Source: Auanema rhodensis (taxonomy: Eukaryota > Animalia > Nematoda). From it: 64,000 nt of DNA. This document shows positions 1 to 17,100 of the stretch, one piece after another (positions within the stretch are counted from its first letter, which is position 1; each line of letters begins with the position of its first letter). Position numbers and translations under genes: made by a program. The notes below the pieces were generated by a model. That model made no database searches, was not told where the DNA came from, and was given only the letters and a program-made list of their open reading frames with translations. The DNA is taken from NCBI GenBank assembly GCA_964057225.1, contig OZ059899.1:8370001-8434000 (forward strand). Reading direction: 5' to 3'.

Positions 1-1027
1 ATATTACGAATTTAGTGACAAAATAACAGGTGTGAGCATTGTTGTTCTTTATTGATATATTCGAGAACTTTTCAATATGTTGAAATAATTGAATTATAGG
101 TTGATATAGGAAAGATTCGAAAAACATAACTTTCAACAAAATATATAAAAAAAACTTTATATCAGTTTATAGTGGCCATTATTTTGTTTTGAGATAAGAC
201 TTAAAGAAGATAACTTTGAAAAATACACGTGTATTCTGGCAAGTGTGAAGAAAAGACAATTGAGCACCTTTGCCCGTGCCCATGAAACTCTTTTTCATAC
301 ATATGTAAGCTAAATATATTACTATAGTACTAAGCAAACAAGGAAATTATATACCACATTTCCAAGGAAATAAGAACTTTTCAAGTTTCATGCTAATTGG
401 TTTACATGTTTCCTTTGATAAGAAGGCTGAATAAAACCAATGACCTTGGGAGAAAATGATGTCCAGAGACGACTTCTACATCTTGTGAAGGCTATGGCAA
501 AAAATTGGAAATTTTTGGGTTTAATCAAAAAGTCTGACATATGTTTCCTGCCTGCAAGCTCTTCCGCGATTTAATAATGCAACTGACACTCTCGAAATAG
601 AAAATAATTTGGGAAATGGTCGATATGTATTGGAGATCACGTATGTCAAGTACAATTGTAACAGAGCGAAAAGTCTTTTGCTCGGTTGGGAACTCATTTT
701 CATTTCTTTCTACTTTGGTGGAAATATTTAGAATTATGTTTTATTTTGTATTTCATCAAATTCGTAATTTTGAGAGAGAAGAAAAGTTTGAACTTTGTTG
801 TTTCTTTGTGATAAAGATATCAGAAAATAAACTGCGCTCGCTCTTTTTCTATCGATTTTAGTGGGTGTACGTGTCTTTGTGAGAATAGACGCAGTTCTTG
901 CACACGTACCGCCAGTTTCGGAGAAATTAGACTTATTTGTTTTTAATGTTATCGTTTGACCAGAAAATATTTAGCATGATTTTGTATAATACTTTTGGTG
1001 CTTCAGGTATATTTCTCCGGTGACAAA

Positions 1028-3159
<2,132 letters not shown>

Positions 3160-3441
3160 TTCATCCTGAATATGTGCGCTGAAAATTGTTCATTTATATA
3201 ATTCTGTTGCATTTTATTACGTCAAGTTTCAGAGAATTTAAAGTTTGTATATATGGCATAAGTGTGCTTGAGAAAGCTACTGATGACTTAAGTGTTTTTA
3301 TAGATTGTTATGAATAGCTCAAATTTTATATTTGTTTTTTTTTGCCGAGAAATTAATGATTTATTAAATTGAGGTAATTTTTCTCTGTACAGATATGTAG
3401 CATTATTATTATTATTATCAAACTAGATGGAAATCCGTTTC

Positions 3442-5056
3442 TTACAAAACTCCAAAGAATTTTGCAATATTTGTTAAAATAGCTTTTTGCATTGGGGGGA
3501 TCACATTTTCCACGTCTTCTACAGAAGGAATTTCGAATTTGGGTAAATCTTCTAATTTTGGAAGAGTAATTGGAGGGAGTGTTGGAAGTGGTGTTACGCC
3601 AAGTTGGCTTAAGTCAAGCATTCCTGAGTTTGGAGCACTTGGAAGTGCTGTACGTTTGTCATCAGCTGGCTTAGCTTGATCTCCTTGCTGATAGTTTTGT
3701 TGATAACCTTAAAAAGTTCTTGTTTAGGTTATAGAGAATTAGAGATTATAAAGGATACCGTTCATATTTTGTTGATTGTATTGCTGATAGTTATATGGCT
3801 GTTGTTGATAGGCCTGTTGGCTGTATTGCGCTTGAGGCTGTTGCTGGGGCTGATAATTTTGTTGATTATACTGGTTGGGAGCTTGCACATATTGTTGATT
3901 ATTTGAACTCTGTGTATGAAAATTATATAAAAAATGAAGATAAATACGAAAAACATACAATATCGGAAGGATTAGCTGCGACTTGAACAGAATTTGGTAC
4001 ACCAAATGCCTTACTTTTGATCTAAAAATGATGCTTGTTCAACTACAATCTTTAATAAGTAACATACGTCCTTTGAATGAACTACCACATCTCCATCAAG
4101 ATTTCTCAGTACAGCGCTGTTCGATACAGTCAAGTCTGCAAGGAACAGAAATTGTGAAACGAATGTATACTTATTCACCTTCTCCATCTGAACTATCAGA
4201 GCATGTAAAACGTCTAACATAAACGGAATATTCAATTCTAAAGTTAGAAAACATTTGAGAAAAAGACCGGTAAATATAACGAACGTTCCATTATTATACA
4301 CATTTTTTTTAATATTCGAGATATAGTCAAAGGCTAGAAGACGATCATTCTCAATTACTTCTCCTCCAATGAATATTTGACCCTACACATTTAAATAATT
4401 TAGAGCTAGAAGGTGTATCTATACCTGTTGAATAGGGGCGATTCCTCTATCTTCAGAGTCGGATAAGGGAGCATACGAGCAACACCGAACCTAAAAGTAT
4501 GAAAGATTAAAAATAGCTACTCTAGAAAATCGAATAAATTCTTTTTCAGTTTTCTTTTATTGTTAACAATCTATTTGTTCAAAATGTTCCGATTTCATTA
4601 AGCATTCGGAGAGCGGAAACTCTTACTTGGAAATCAGGTCGGTACGCATTGGTTTGTGGAGAAATACCTCCAATCCATTCTCCAGTTTCGCATCCATTTG
4701 ATCGGTAATGTTCAGAACATTGCTGAAATATAGTTCATTCTAAATATTTTAGAGAAAATTAGTGAATACAGCTATTTGTGGTTCATCGTTAATCAAATTG
4801 GCTGGTCTAACTAGTTGATCTGATCTTCTGAGATACCTGGAGATGATGATACACAGTTAAAGAATTACCAATTTTTTAAACTAACCCGTCTTCTTTTCCA
4901 TTTATACTGTAAAATTGAGCAGTATCAGATGCACGAGTACCGTTTTTGTTCCAACCAAAGCATCGTGGTCGAGCACAGCCGAGCACAGGATGACCTGATC
5001 TCAAACTCTGGAATATAGTCACTGATGTATGAGAGATTACAATAAATATATGAATT

Positions 5057-5155
<99 letters not shown>

Positions 5156-5274
5156 CTTGAAAAGAATAATACCTGGAAAGTGAAAGGAATTGCTGATTGT
5201 CCACAATAAGAGGCTGATGTGTAAGTAATAACACAAGTAATTGCTAATATTATGAGAATCTTGCAGTTAGACAT
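3442..5274 (-). CDS. Hedgehog-related Warthog (Wart-domain) secreted protein without a Hint/Hog domain, with a Q/N/Y- and Pro-rich C-terminal half; closest recalled match is wrt-9
   Basis: Signal peptide [21 protein letters not shown]. Spliced exons then give [13 protein letters not shown]|[41 protein letters not shown]|YLRRSDQ...[22 protein letters not shown]...VRCCSYAPL...GQIFIGGEV...AFDYISNI, the typical Wart Cys pattern. The protein ends [28 protein letters not shown] (stop 3442-3444). Internal exon boundaries in 3600-4300 are less certain. Confidence 0.9.
5062..5151. repeat. (TA)n microsatellite, about 90 bp, in intron 1 of the wrt gene
   Basis: Perfect AT dinucleotide run; it explains the spurious YIYIYI ORFs in the track. 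Confidence 0.97.
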
Positions 5275-7306
5275 CTGAAAATATAATATTCCAAGTGATT
5301 AGAATATTTATTTGTAAAGAGAAATAAAGAATCAAATTAAATGTATATGATCGAAATAGTGCTAGTTGGGGATGAAATGTTAGAAGTGGTGCTCGATTTT
5401 TTGTGAATAGTTATGTAAAATCATAAAGCTCATTGACAGTTTTATTTCTCGAGAACCAGCGTAGTGCTGGCCTGGAAGTTCCAGTGAAAAGAAAAGACCG
5501 ACGATAGAGACGACTACCATGGATAAGAGGAGAAAGTTGAATGAAATGGAGAGCCGTTCAATTGGGTCACTTTGAACCAGAATTCGTCGATAAGCCCAAT
5601 CCTAGAAAGCGCTCCTTCTTCCGTTCATCTGACCGTCAGTCTGTCTGGACACGCACCACATCCCAAGCATTCAGCAATCTGAATCTACCTTATCTTACTC
5701 AGTGAAAAAGAGCGTGAAAAAAACACTAAGTAGTCTTTACACACCAACTAATATATTCTGCAGCATATTTCAGAAAGAACAGAATAGGTTTTCTGATCTT
5801 TCAGATTCAGATAATATCTGAATATCAGCAAAAAGGTTTTGATAAATTCAATATATATATCCTATTAAGGGTATTGGAACAAAACATTTTGATTAAAAAC
5901 GGATATGATATGTTCTCAAGTTGATTTACAATTCAAGAATTTCATGATTTTTATATAGTTTTCAATAACGAAGATTTGTATCAAATACATTTGCGAGATC
6001 TGAAATAATTTATCCCGAAAATGTTCAGATCGCGTTCAACAAAGTCACATAAATTTCATCTTATTCTGTTGCATTACAATTAACCCTCAGGGAAGATTAA
6101 CGTTTGGTATGAATACGAAGACAACAATTGACGTTTTTATGGAAATCACTGGGTACTAAACTCTTTGAATTGTAGCCGATGCGTGTTCAAAATCTTTTCC
6201 CCCCTTTCCAACGATTCCAACGTTGTTTCGAGCTTGGGAAAGTAGGCAGATGCTAAAAGAATAATTGAGAGATATGAGGTGAATTAAATGTTCGTTTTTC
6301 CCGTGTTGGCGTTGTAAAGCATTGTGAAACGTTGAAGAATTGAATGTTAGTCAGAGGGTGAGATTAATAAAGAAAGACAAAGACATCCTAAAAGAGATGA
6401 AACCCATATTGAGAGATAGAGAATATAAGAAAACTTCGAAGTGATGGGTGATGGAGAGATGTTGCATAGAGAGTCAGCTGAAACATTGAAAAGAAATTGA
6501 TAATCGGAGAAATAGACTGAAGCCGTTAGCAGAATACTGGAGACCACAGACCGAGCCAGGAATAGTTCTAAAGACATCTTAGACAGAGGTAGCTAGGTAA
6601 ACCGGCTTTCCCCTTGTCTCGAACAATGAAGAGTAACAGTGCGTTGACTACATCGATCAAAATCCGAAATCTTTCTTTCGATCTCACAAGATAACGCTTA
6701 CAGCTTACTGGATATCTAGGTGAACAATACTATTTATGTTCGTTGAAATTGTTATTATTGAATGGAAATGAATTCTCAAATTAAGTAGTCAAATGAGAAA
6801 TAATGCGTTTCTAGAACAAAACACCTTATAAGGAAATAAATAGCAAGATTTGGAGATCATAGGGTTGTACTGGAAAGTGAAGTCGTTCATTAACTTTTAT
6901 CAATTTCAATCCTAAGCTGTTTGAACGGTGATCAAAACTGACTATAATTCATTACGTAATATTTCAATTTTTGAATAATAGTAATATATTCAAACATGAA
7001 TTAAAACTCTTCAAAGTCTTGGAACTTTTTGCACTTTTTCGCATGTTTTTCATAAAAAATCTTTTTTTTTCAATCAGAATTTCGTTGTATTGGATTTTAG
7101 TTTGAAAATCTTACCCGAATCAAAAGTTCTATCTTTCCCATTACAAACCCTTACTCTCTATTTTAGGCACTATTTTTCGTCAAATATGTTGGAGGGTGGG
7201 GTAGAAAAACTGCGCTGACGACGCGTTTTTCTGAATGTTTCAGTTTTTGTATGCAAAATCCACCAACTCATAGCCAGTTTTTTCAGGTGGTCATGTGAAA
7301 AAAGAA

Positions 7307-7313
7307 TATAAAA
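7307..7313 (+). promoter_or_regulatory. Candidate TATA box of the collagen gene
   Basis: TATAAAA 36 bp upstream of the collagen ATG. The context is AT-rich, so a chance match is possible. Confidence 0.4.
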
Positions 7314-7342
7314 AGAGATGAAAAAAAAATTCAGCTAGAAGA

Positions 7343-8369
7343 ATGACTTACTTCGGTTACGCTAGTGCCGGCATCTGCTGCGTCGGTGTGTTTGCAGCTT
7401 TAATTGCTGTTGGCAACATTGTCAGCGATATCAACGAACTCCGTGATGAGGTTTGTTAAGCTTTCTGTTTTTTCCAGAAGCAAAAGATATATTCATATTT
7501 AACGTATACTCTGATTAGGTCGAGCACAGAATGGATGAATTCAAAGTTATGGTGGATGATACTTGGGATCGCCTCTTGATTCTTCAAAGCCCAAGTGGAA
7601 AGTCTGATAACGCTATGCCTAGCATTTTCAGAAAGAAGAGGTAAAAATTTACTAAAAAAAAACAGAAAACATAGTTCTGTTTAGATATGTCTACCCAGGA
7701 ATGTGCAACTGCAATGCTAACAGCAACGGATGCCCAGCTGGACCTCCAGGACCACCAGGACCACCAGGACCACGTGGAGACGAAGGACTTTCTGGTGACG
7801 ATGGAAAACCAGGAGCCAGCGGAATTTCTCTTTTGGCTACCCATGATCTCCCAGGAGGTTGCATCAAGTGCCCACCTGGACCACAAGGACCACAAGGATC
7901 ACAAGGACCAGCAGGACCACAAGGATTCCCAGGATCCGTTGGAAAGGTTGGACCAGCCGGAGATGATGGTGAACAAGGACCACAAGGACCACTCGGAGAG
8001 CAAGGGCCACAAGGAAACCCAGGATTTGATGGACCCACTGGTCCAGACGGACTTCCAGGAACCATCGCATTCCCAGGAGCTCCAGGACAACCAGGAGAGC
8101 CAGGATGGCCAGGAGAGGCTGGACTTCCAGGACTTGCTGGTGTCCCAGGACTCGATGGAGCTGACGGACCACAAGGACCACCAGGAAACGCTGGAACTCC
8201 AGGACACGATGGATTCCCAGGACTTCCAGGAGGTGTTGGATTGGCCGGAAAGCCAGGAGCCGACGCTAACTACTGTCCATGCCCACAAAGACAAGACTCT
8301 GGACCATCTCCAGCTGTTACTGGAAACGATGGCAATGGAAACAGCGGATACAGAAACAGACGTCTCTGA
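7343..8369 (+). CDS. Nematode cuticular collagen; 3 exons (approx. 7343-7450, 7519-7640, 7685-8369)
   Basis: N-terminal hydrophobic Col_cuticle_N-type segment ([36 protein letters not shown]) and an RKKR furin/BLI-4 site. Cys cluster CNC...GCPAGPPG, then Gly-X-Y blocks interrupted by GGCIKCP, and C-terminal ANYCPCP. Strong GGA/CCA codon bias. Confidence 0.97.
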
Positions 8370-11300
8370 ACAAAGCAAAAATTTTAAATCTCCAACAAAA
8401 TATAATAAATGTTTTGTTCTTATTCTATTTGCTTATAATATTTATTTGTACTTCAAAAAAACTCATAACAGTAGTTTGAAAATTGAAAAGTATTAATTTT
8501 TGCTACTCTAGAAAGGAGTCGAGTCACCTATGTTCTTTCAAAGAAAAATCAAATAAAAAAACAACAGAAATTCGATTCAACTTCACTTCAGAATTACAAA
8601 CAAAAAAATGGAAAGCTATGATATATAATCACATTTTGCGTGTTTTTCATTTTAATATTTTATATTTCTTAATTAGTTTTAAATCCATTTAGTTAAAAAT
8701 CTTCAAGCCCTCTCTATTGTTTCAGCTGATCATATTGTGTTTGATGTTTCGTCATATGGAGATTTAGCTTTGGTCGTTATATCTGCATCTTATTCTGCAA
8801 CAGCTGCAGTAGCCCAGAGCACGATGATCGCACGTGTATGATGACAGAATAAGAACATAGCAGAAGAAGTCCACGAAAAGCTAGCCGTTGATCTGACATT
8901 GTCGTCCTTCCACTCTTGTCAACAGGACATTTCATTTTGTCACCGTTGAGAGCATGCTTGACGTGGCACTAATGAGCTCTGTAGACCCACATTTCATGTC
9001 AAAACCCAGTGTTTGATAATTGCCAATCCTTCATGGCACGTCCTGTCTGAAATCCATTTTCTTTTCTACGATTCGGCCCAGAAACGAAGACGATCACGGG
9101 TTTCGATATGTGCCGGCTTTTTTTTTAACAGATTTCTTCCAGTTATTGATGTCTTTACTGCCATTTTAGTTCTTGCTTCTTGTTTTAAGTCGCTTCGTGC
9201 TCAGAGCATCCTTCCCGTTCTCTAGCTCATCATTATTCCTTGGCTCTCAACAAACCAACATCAGCGGTTTAAGTTTTTTTGTTTATACGTTACACCAAGA
9301 ACACAAGCCGGTTCTGGAAGATTTTTTTTAAAATTTACCTGAATAGTCTTCTCCTTGTTTTTAGCGTCTCAGATGATTCAAAGACAACAGCGTTAACTTT
9401 TGCAACCCACTTGAATACAACTATATATTATAAATACAAAATGTGATAAACGTATTTAATAAATATACAAATAATATATATTCATACATAGTATCTCTTT
9501 ATGAATAAAACCAATACCTCCAGTTTTTGCTTCAAATTGTTGTGGTGATGTTTACACCGCACATATCATTCCTGCCTAGTTCTGTCTATTTATGGAAAAA
9601 AGTGACTTCTGTTCGTACTCTTCGTTTCATTCTCCTATAAGCCAAAATAAATGTCTTTTGTATTCAAAATGAGTGAAGAGTAGACGTCTCACAGCCCTGG
9701 GATCTGCATATTTTTGCTTTTTGCTTTTTTTCGTTTGCTTGCTTCTTTGCCTCTTAATAACTTATTTTAAAATGTTCTATTCAGTGAATAAAAGAAAATG
9801 TTCTGAAAAAATTCTTTTTCTATGTTCTGTTAAAATCGTTTTCATTCAATATTTGGTACAAATTACAAATTAATTGCACTTCTACTCCTATTATCATTAG
9901 TACTCTACCTAAGTTCGTACTGATCTTTCACATTTAATATTAAAAGAATAAAGTAGATGGCCAAAAAAATTGCAATTTAGTTTACAATTCGGATTTACGA
10001 AATCCCTGATTTGCACTTTCTTTAGAAGCTTTTCAGAGTTTCAAACTAGTAAATCGAATATTTAGCTTGTTGAGGCAACTATATGAGGTAATAGATACAT
10101 TAAGGACTAGCGATTTTACAATTAGGCATGACCCAAAATGCTTTTTCTGCTTGAAAACGACGTCGTAAAGTCAGTTTCACAGGATTTTTATGTTCAGACA
10201 AAACAAAGATGGAAATCTATGGCAACTTATAGCTGACATCGAAACTGATATGTCAACGACTACGATGTATGAAATCATCTAAGCAAATATTAATATTGTG
10301 GATGAGAGGAGATGACTAAAAGAACCTAGTAATCGCCTACTGAAATTGAACAAGAAGAAGGTTTTTTCATATTGTTTTTACAACGATTTTCAATATGCAT
10401 TTATGAATTGCGAAGTGCAGAAAATGACAAACAAACCTTAATCCTTATGCAGTTTGAGATTAATGTATCTCTTCAGTGGCTTAAGATTGTCCATTACTAT
10501 GCAAAGAGATCTATATAAAGGTAGAAGGTTATAGAAAAAGGTTGGAATATTTTGTAAGCATATGGCTATAGCACAATTAGGAAACAGCTTGCAAGGTCAA
10601 AGGTAAGAATTTTTTGTTTACATTCAAATTCATATTGGAAGACATTACTTATCTTTTTTTTTCGCATTTTTCATTTTACATGAATATATACATATTTCAC
10701 AAAAAAATGATCAAAGAATTATTGACATTGTTTTTATTTCCCAAATGCAACTCAGTTATTATGCAATTCTTCGGTCTATGCACAATGAACCATAATATGT
10801 TAGGATGATGGAATTTTTGATCATTACTAATGTGATAATAAAAGAAAAAAATCGTTTTTTATAGCTTCAGCTAGAAACTTCTGAAAAAAATTGAATTTAT
10901 GTTTAATTTATTTATTCCATAACTTTTCTGACAGGTTTCCTTTTCTAGTACATATAGGGGTTTTTTGAATCTAAGTGTCTTCTCTTCTCTTTTGATGCCC
11001 TAATGAAAGCATATTTCTCTTTTCATTCCACTTTTCATATTCATCTATTTCTTTTGAATAATTAAGAAACATGATGACAATTAAGATAAAAGAAATTCAA
11101 AAGCTTATGATTATTAAACAATGTGCCATGTCCTTAAGTGTTGTCAGTTTTAAGTTAATAGAGTTTCTGGTGATTCGTAATTAATCAAGAAAAGATTTCT
11201 TTTCATGATTCTTATTTCAAAGTCCTTATAAACACATTCAATACAAACCCTTTTTCCCTCTCTTTTTAAAAAATTTATTTTTAATATTTGAATACATAAT

Positions 11301-14183
11301 ACGCAAATTTATTATATTCTCTAATATTTTTTCCAACATAAATCTTGCCTTGTACTCTAAGCTGAATAGTTCAGCAGCCTATATAGAAATTCATCTCTCG
11401 GCTCTCTTTTTCGATTTTCATATTTTTTTTTTGGTATTTTCAATCTCTATTCGACAACCCTATTGAATATTGTGGTTCAAAACTATTAGAATTTGCGGAA
11501 ACTATGAAACTTTCTTTTTTATTTCGGAACATTCGAAACTTTGTTGAAAATGCCTTTCATCTCTATTACATTACGTTTTTTTTGTTGAATTTTGGATGAA
11601 TTTTATTTTCTAACATATAAGATAATCTTAGAAAACGGAAAAGAAAATTCAAATTCTATCTGGTTAACTTTGTTAGTATGTTCCAATTATATAAGCTATT
11701 GTTTTCTGATAGTTTATTTTTTTTTACTTCGCTTTTCAAAATATATTTTTTAGCTTTGTCTACTTTATATAATCTAGCAAACTATTATTGTTCATTATTT
11801 ATAAAAACATGTTTAGAAATATTTATAAAATTAGTTAACCACGTCTTAAACATACAAAATGAAATACTTTCATATAATGTGAATTTTAAAAAGAAGAAAG
11901 CTCTAAAGTGAATTGTTGTGTACTTTGAAGATGACTACTTGCACTGAAATTTTCCACAACATATGATACTCAAGAATATTTAATGAGGAATCGTGTAACA
12001 AATTCTTAATGGAATCTAAATCAACAAAGACTTGACTGTGAAACATCTCCTTGAAGTATTCTATGAAACCTGCTCGTTAGAACGAATTTTCATATTCTCA
12101 ATAAAAAGAATAAAACTATATTTCATTCGCGAAATATCAATTTTTGTTATTCTAATCAAGCTTATTCAATCTTCTTTGATGCTTTAGCTGTTAAAATCTT
12201 AGTTTTCGTCAGCCAAAAACTTAAATTTCTTCCGGGCTATGATTGTAAGCGTATCCAATTCGCTTTTCAAACTTTTCTAGCTAAGCTTTTCACAAACTCC
12301 TGGGCTATTTTGTTTTGACTTTTAATATTTTTTTATGATCAGACGTCTTGTTTTTCGAATGGATTATTATGTCATTCAGAGAAATTCAACAAACTTCTTC
12401 ATATGAAAATCTTTCTATAATATTTCCGTAGTAGTTGAATCCTTATCGCTTAGAACAACTACACTTTAGGAATATTCTCTTCCTTTATTTTCTGGTATTA
12501 TATATTATGTGATTTGTACGTGGAAGTTCACGTGTAACAAGCTAACTCATAAACCTCATTTTTTCTATGCTGGAGGCACTGAATGGTTGCTATTCATATC
12601 TCTAACTCTCTTCAACTTTAAGTATCTTTTCGTATCTCTTTATTTCTCTCAATCTCACTAGACCTCGCAGTTCCTCATTTTTCTCATTTTTCTAAATTTC
12701 TTCTCCAACTTGTTCATCCCTCTTTCATGTAATTTAATTCAAAGCTTCAAAACAATTTATTTCCTGTAAAATCAAATCTCGAACGCAATTATCTCACCTG
12801 AGGCGAAGTTAGCAGGCAGATGAAAAAACAGAATGGCATGCTACTCCCCATAGTGAAGAGCTGAAGCGGTATGATGAAAAGGGTTCATCCATCCGTTCGT
12901 TGTAGTTGTTGTGTTGTCGTAGTTGTAACTATTGATATGTGGCACGTCTCTATACATATATGTATGAAAGTGTGTGTGTGTATATGTATGCGATGGAGAT
13001 GAAGCGTATGACCCACATCAAGTTGCTAAGGATGCCATTGGTGTTGGCTATAATCATCATGTAAAATGTACAAAACTATCTCATAAATGATGTGTTCTAA
13101 ATCATCTGTACTTTATGTTTTCTGTTCTTAAACTAAAGAATATTATTTGTTTCATTCTTATCGCATCTTCTGAAATTACATGTCCACATCATGTATATCA
13201 TTCAGCCAGGAAGTTGACAACGATCCTGACCTCCATGAATATGAGCAAGCATCTTATCCTCATTATAAATGTTCTTTATTCAGTCTGTTCCTTATGTAAC
13301 TTTACTCATTTTAATGTTTTACTTGCTACAGCAGCAAAATAAAGGATTTTCTTAATATATATTTTTCTCATCAACATTTTTTCCTCGTTGATCACGTTCT
13401 GAATACTAAAGAAAAAAATAATTATATGGATTTAGCTGTTATTAGAAGAATGTACATCACACACATTCTTGCAGCAACATATGAACATATGTATGTATGT
13501 TCTGCTCATTTTCAAACTTATATAGTTTTACTATCGCCTCTATAACATATTTTTTTTATGATTGTTCGGTATTGCCGTTATTCTCTTCATCATTAATTCA
13601 CGTATCGTCTTTTTTACTCTCTTATTCCTACCCAATATTTCGGTTGTTGTGCTTTAAATTAGCCTCAATGCTACCTTGACAAATGTTTTTTAGCGGCTCT
13701 TCTTTTTACCAGTGTTAAACTCTCCAATCTCTCATTTTCATGCATTCTGCTTTACCATCTCTTTTTAGACTCCAATGTAGTTGCTTTTTTTCTTTCGAAT
13801 TTTTTCTTTGCCGTATTTCATGCTTTGTGCTTCTGCCCCACAGGTCACAACAGCATCCCTATTCAGATAGTTGACAACATTGCAGTAATGCTTTCACCTA
13901 GCCGCCAGAACATTTTTCATTTCAGTAGTTTTGCTCTTTCTTTTTCCGTTCTCAAATCAAAAAATACACAAGAGATTTAGGTTATATTTTCATCATTTTG
14001 GTATTTTTTGTTTTTTTAACCGTGTTTTTGCTTTCCAACTGTCATACATATGTACGTATTATTTTTATATTTGTTTTTGCCTCATTAAGATTTGATTTGC
14101 TATTACAATGCTTTCAGTATGTTTCAGAAAACGACTATAAGAACATTCACGTATCTTCCCATCTGGTAAATCTTCCAGTTCTC

Positions 14184-17100
14184 ATGAATCGTTTTGACTC
14201 TTGTCGAAACTCACGGTATTCACGACGCGGCAGCTTATTTCATGGTGATCAATGTAAGTAGCATTATTATAATCAATGTAATTGCATTATCGTTGTTGCA
14301 ATATTGTATTTCATCCTTTTATATTATTAAAAAGGGCAATACAACTTTTGTGCTTAGATATGAATCATATTCCGACGAGAGAAGCTCTTGAAAAATCGGA
14401 TATTGGAAAACATTCAAAAATACAGCTATTTAACAGTAACATAGCATGTTACTTTAATCCAAAATGTATAAATGCTAGAAAATTCAAGAATATACCAAAA
14501 TGTTTGAACTATTCCAGTAACAACTAAGTCTACGTTAAACTACTTTTGATATACATCTAAAACAGTGAAAATAAGTTTAGTTCTCTTACTTGATAATCAA
14601 CATTCTTCCAGTTCTTTTGCTTTTCTTACTTCTTCCATTTAGGCAGTTTTTTCAACCTGATGTACAAAGTCTCATTTCATTCACAGTAGAACCTTGAACC
14701 CCTTTTAGAAAGTTTGTTTTTTATTTTTGTTTTCGAAGGGTCTTTGAAACGCTGGATGATCAGATCCGTTCATTAGCTTATCAACCTTAAACCGACTGAT
14801 CAAAATACGTAAGAATATAGTCATGTATTATGTGTATATAGCAAATTATATTAATAATCTTAGAACTTTTGGTTATAATAACGTTTTACAGTTTCTTTCG
14901 CGTGAATAGGTGTCAGCATGAAGGAATACATAATTTATGAACTAAAAAACCAGAGAAGCTCTAAAAAAAGCTCCAGCCTATAGTATATATATGTATATAT
15001 AGTATATATATATATATATATATGTATATATACTATATATAATTTGATTTTTTTTCTTACACACACACACACACACATACACATACATACACGCACATAC
15101 ACGTAAAGTTAACAGAATGAAATAATAACATATCCTACTATTGAGAGTATATACTATGTAAAAGCAAGAAAAAAAAGAAAAAGAAAATGTCTACTATTCC
15201 CAACAACATTTTTTTTTTTCAAAAAGGAGCTCCTTTCCTTCTCTTTTTTTTGTTCATTTTTTTACTATTTGCTACTGGTAATGAAACGTGAATACGGATT
15301 TCCTCATTACGAGCAAAAATCATATTGGAATAGAGATAGAACTTTAAAGAAGAAACAATAATAATAGTTTCTATATAACTACCACTTGCTTTGAGTTCTA
15401 ATTTTTTTTAATTTCACACTTTTGCATCGATGAAGTTCTATCTTTTTTTGAATCTATGGTATGTTTCAGCTATATGCTGAACCAAGTTGCGTTTTAGAAA
15501 ATTCAACCAAAAAAGGCGGGCATATGAGAGGAAGATAGAGTCGCAGCTAAGTTTAAGGAAGTCATTTCCATTTCCTTAACTTTTCAACCTCTATCATTTC
15601 CCTAAGTCTTTGAGAGAATTTTATTCCTAATTTACTCTCTCGTTATTTCCTCAATATATATAGATAAATGGAAAAATTCATCTTCTCGTTTCACTTTAAA
15701 CATTCAAAACAGTTCAATCTTTTTATTCTTTACCAAATTAAACATTTTATGTGCCAAAAAGGAAGTCTTTCTCGCTTTTTGAATTTAAACTATTCCTTCG
15801 AGAACTAGAAATAAAAAGTATAATTGAAACATTTTATTTTCATTAAATGATAACTATTAATTTAATCTAACTATATGATTCAAATCTTTTTTTTTCTTCT
15901 AAAAATACCACATCAATACAATATATTTTTTTCACATATTTACGTACTTAATGTAGTATTTGTCTCGTTTTTTTCTCATTCATCAATTATTTCATTCAAA
16001 TTAAAAAAAAACTATGTTTTTTTTCGAATCATATATATATATATATATATTTATATAATATCTGTTATGTATGTAGACTCGTGTGTTTATGTTGCTTAGC
16101 ACCTAAGGAAATCTCTTTGGTTTTTTCTGTTCCTACACTTTTCCTCCTCATTTTCTCACTCACTCACTCATATACATATGTATATATGGATGTATATATT
16201 TATTTTATGTCTAACAATATTTAAAAAAATTCTAATAATTTTTATCAAATTCATCTTTTTCTTCTTATACGATCATGCTCTGTATTTGAGTTAGAACTTG
16301 AGATTCAAACGTTCATGAGGAAGAATATGTGTTCACGTGAAAACCCTACCTAGTACACGTAATACATAACTTCAGGTTTTGGTTGTGTATGCAAAGAAAA
16401 TGATTGTGCAATGCTTTTTCTTATTCTTATTCTTATTCTTTCTGTTTTTTCTTCTATCGTTTTCAATCTTTTTCTCTCAATCTCTCTTTATTTTTCATTC
16501 AAGTCTCTCATACACGCCTTTCTTCCAGTCTTCCCTTTAACGATCAATGTAATAGGATAGTCGTGTACCTGTGAGTAATGCTACTTCCCAAAGTGTTCCC
16601 ATATACTACGCACTCTCAAGCTCTATTTTAGTTTCCGCTCTGTCATCAAGAAACAAGAAGTTTAATAAACAAAACTAAACCTAAAAATCTTAAATTTACA
16701 AATATATTTTTTTAATTATTTTATTTTTTATACTGATTTAATCTTATATACCAGTTTGAGTAAACATTTCAATAAGTTAATTTAATAATGTTAAGTTTGA
16801 ATTATACTTTTACCTGAACCAATAACATCAAAAATCAATTCAGTAATTGAAAATATTTTATTAAACTTCTTTGATATAATAGGAAATGTCTGGGGAAGAT
16901 TAGATTTTCGTTACAAAAAAAGAAAAAACATATATAATATTTTGGACTTCCATAAATATCTCTTTTCCTGATAATCTTATGTGAAAAAATTGGATAACTA
17001 TTCCAAATTTATATAAATTGCTTCACGAAATATGCCAGAGAATATTATTCACTTGAGCTATATGTATAAAACGACTTTTTATAGAATCTTCCTAAGAATG

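Noticed and set aside
4925-5274. ORFs with YIYIYI runs
   Set aside because: Read-through of an intronic (TA)n microsatellite.
5456-5484. Two adjacent short inverted repeats upstream of the wrt gene (ccagc..gctgg, ctggaa.ttccag)
   Set aside because: Stems of only 5-6 bp, not distinguishable from chance, and no recognisable ncRNA.
7584-8496. Overlapping alternative-frame and antisense ORFs across the collagen, including an antisense Gly-Pro-rich ORF
   Set aside because: These are known artefacts of GGA-CCA Gly-X-Y codon periodicity.
10030-10290. Exon-like fragments (e.g. QNKDGNLWQLIADIETDMSTTTMYEII*)
   Set aside because: They could not be joined into a consistent stop-free gene model.
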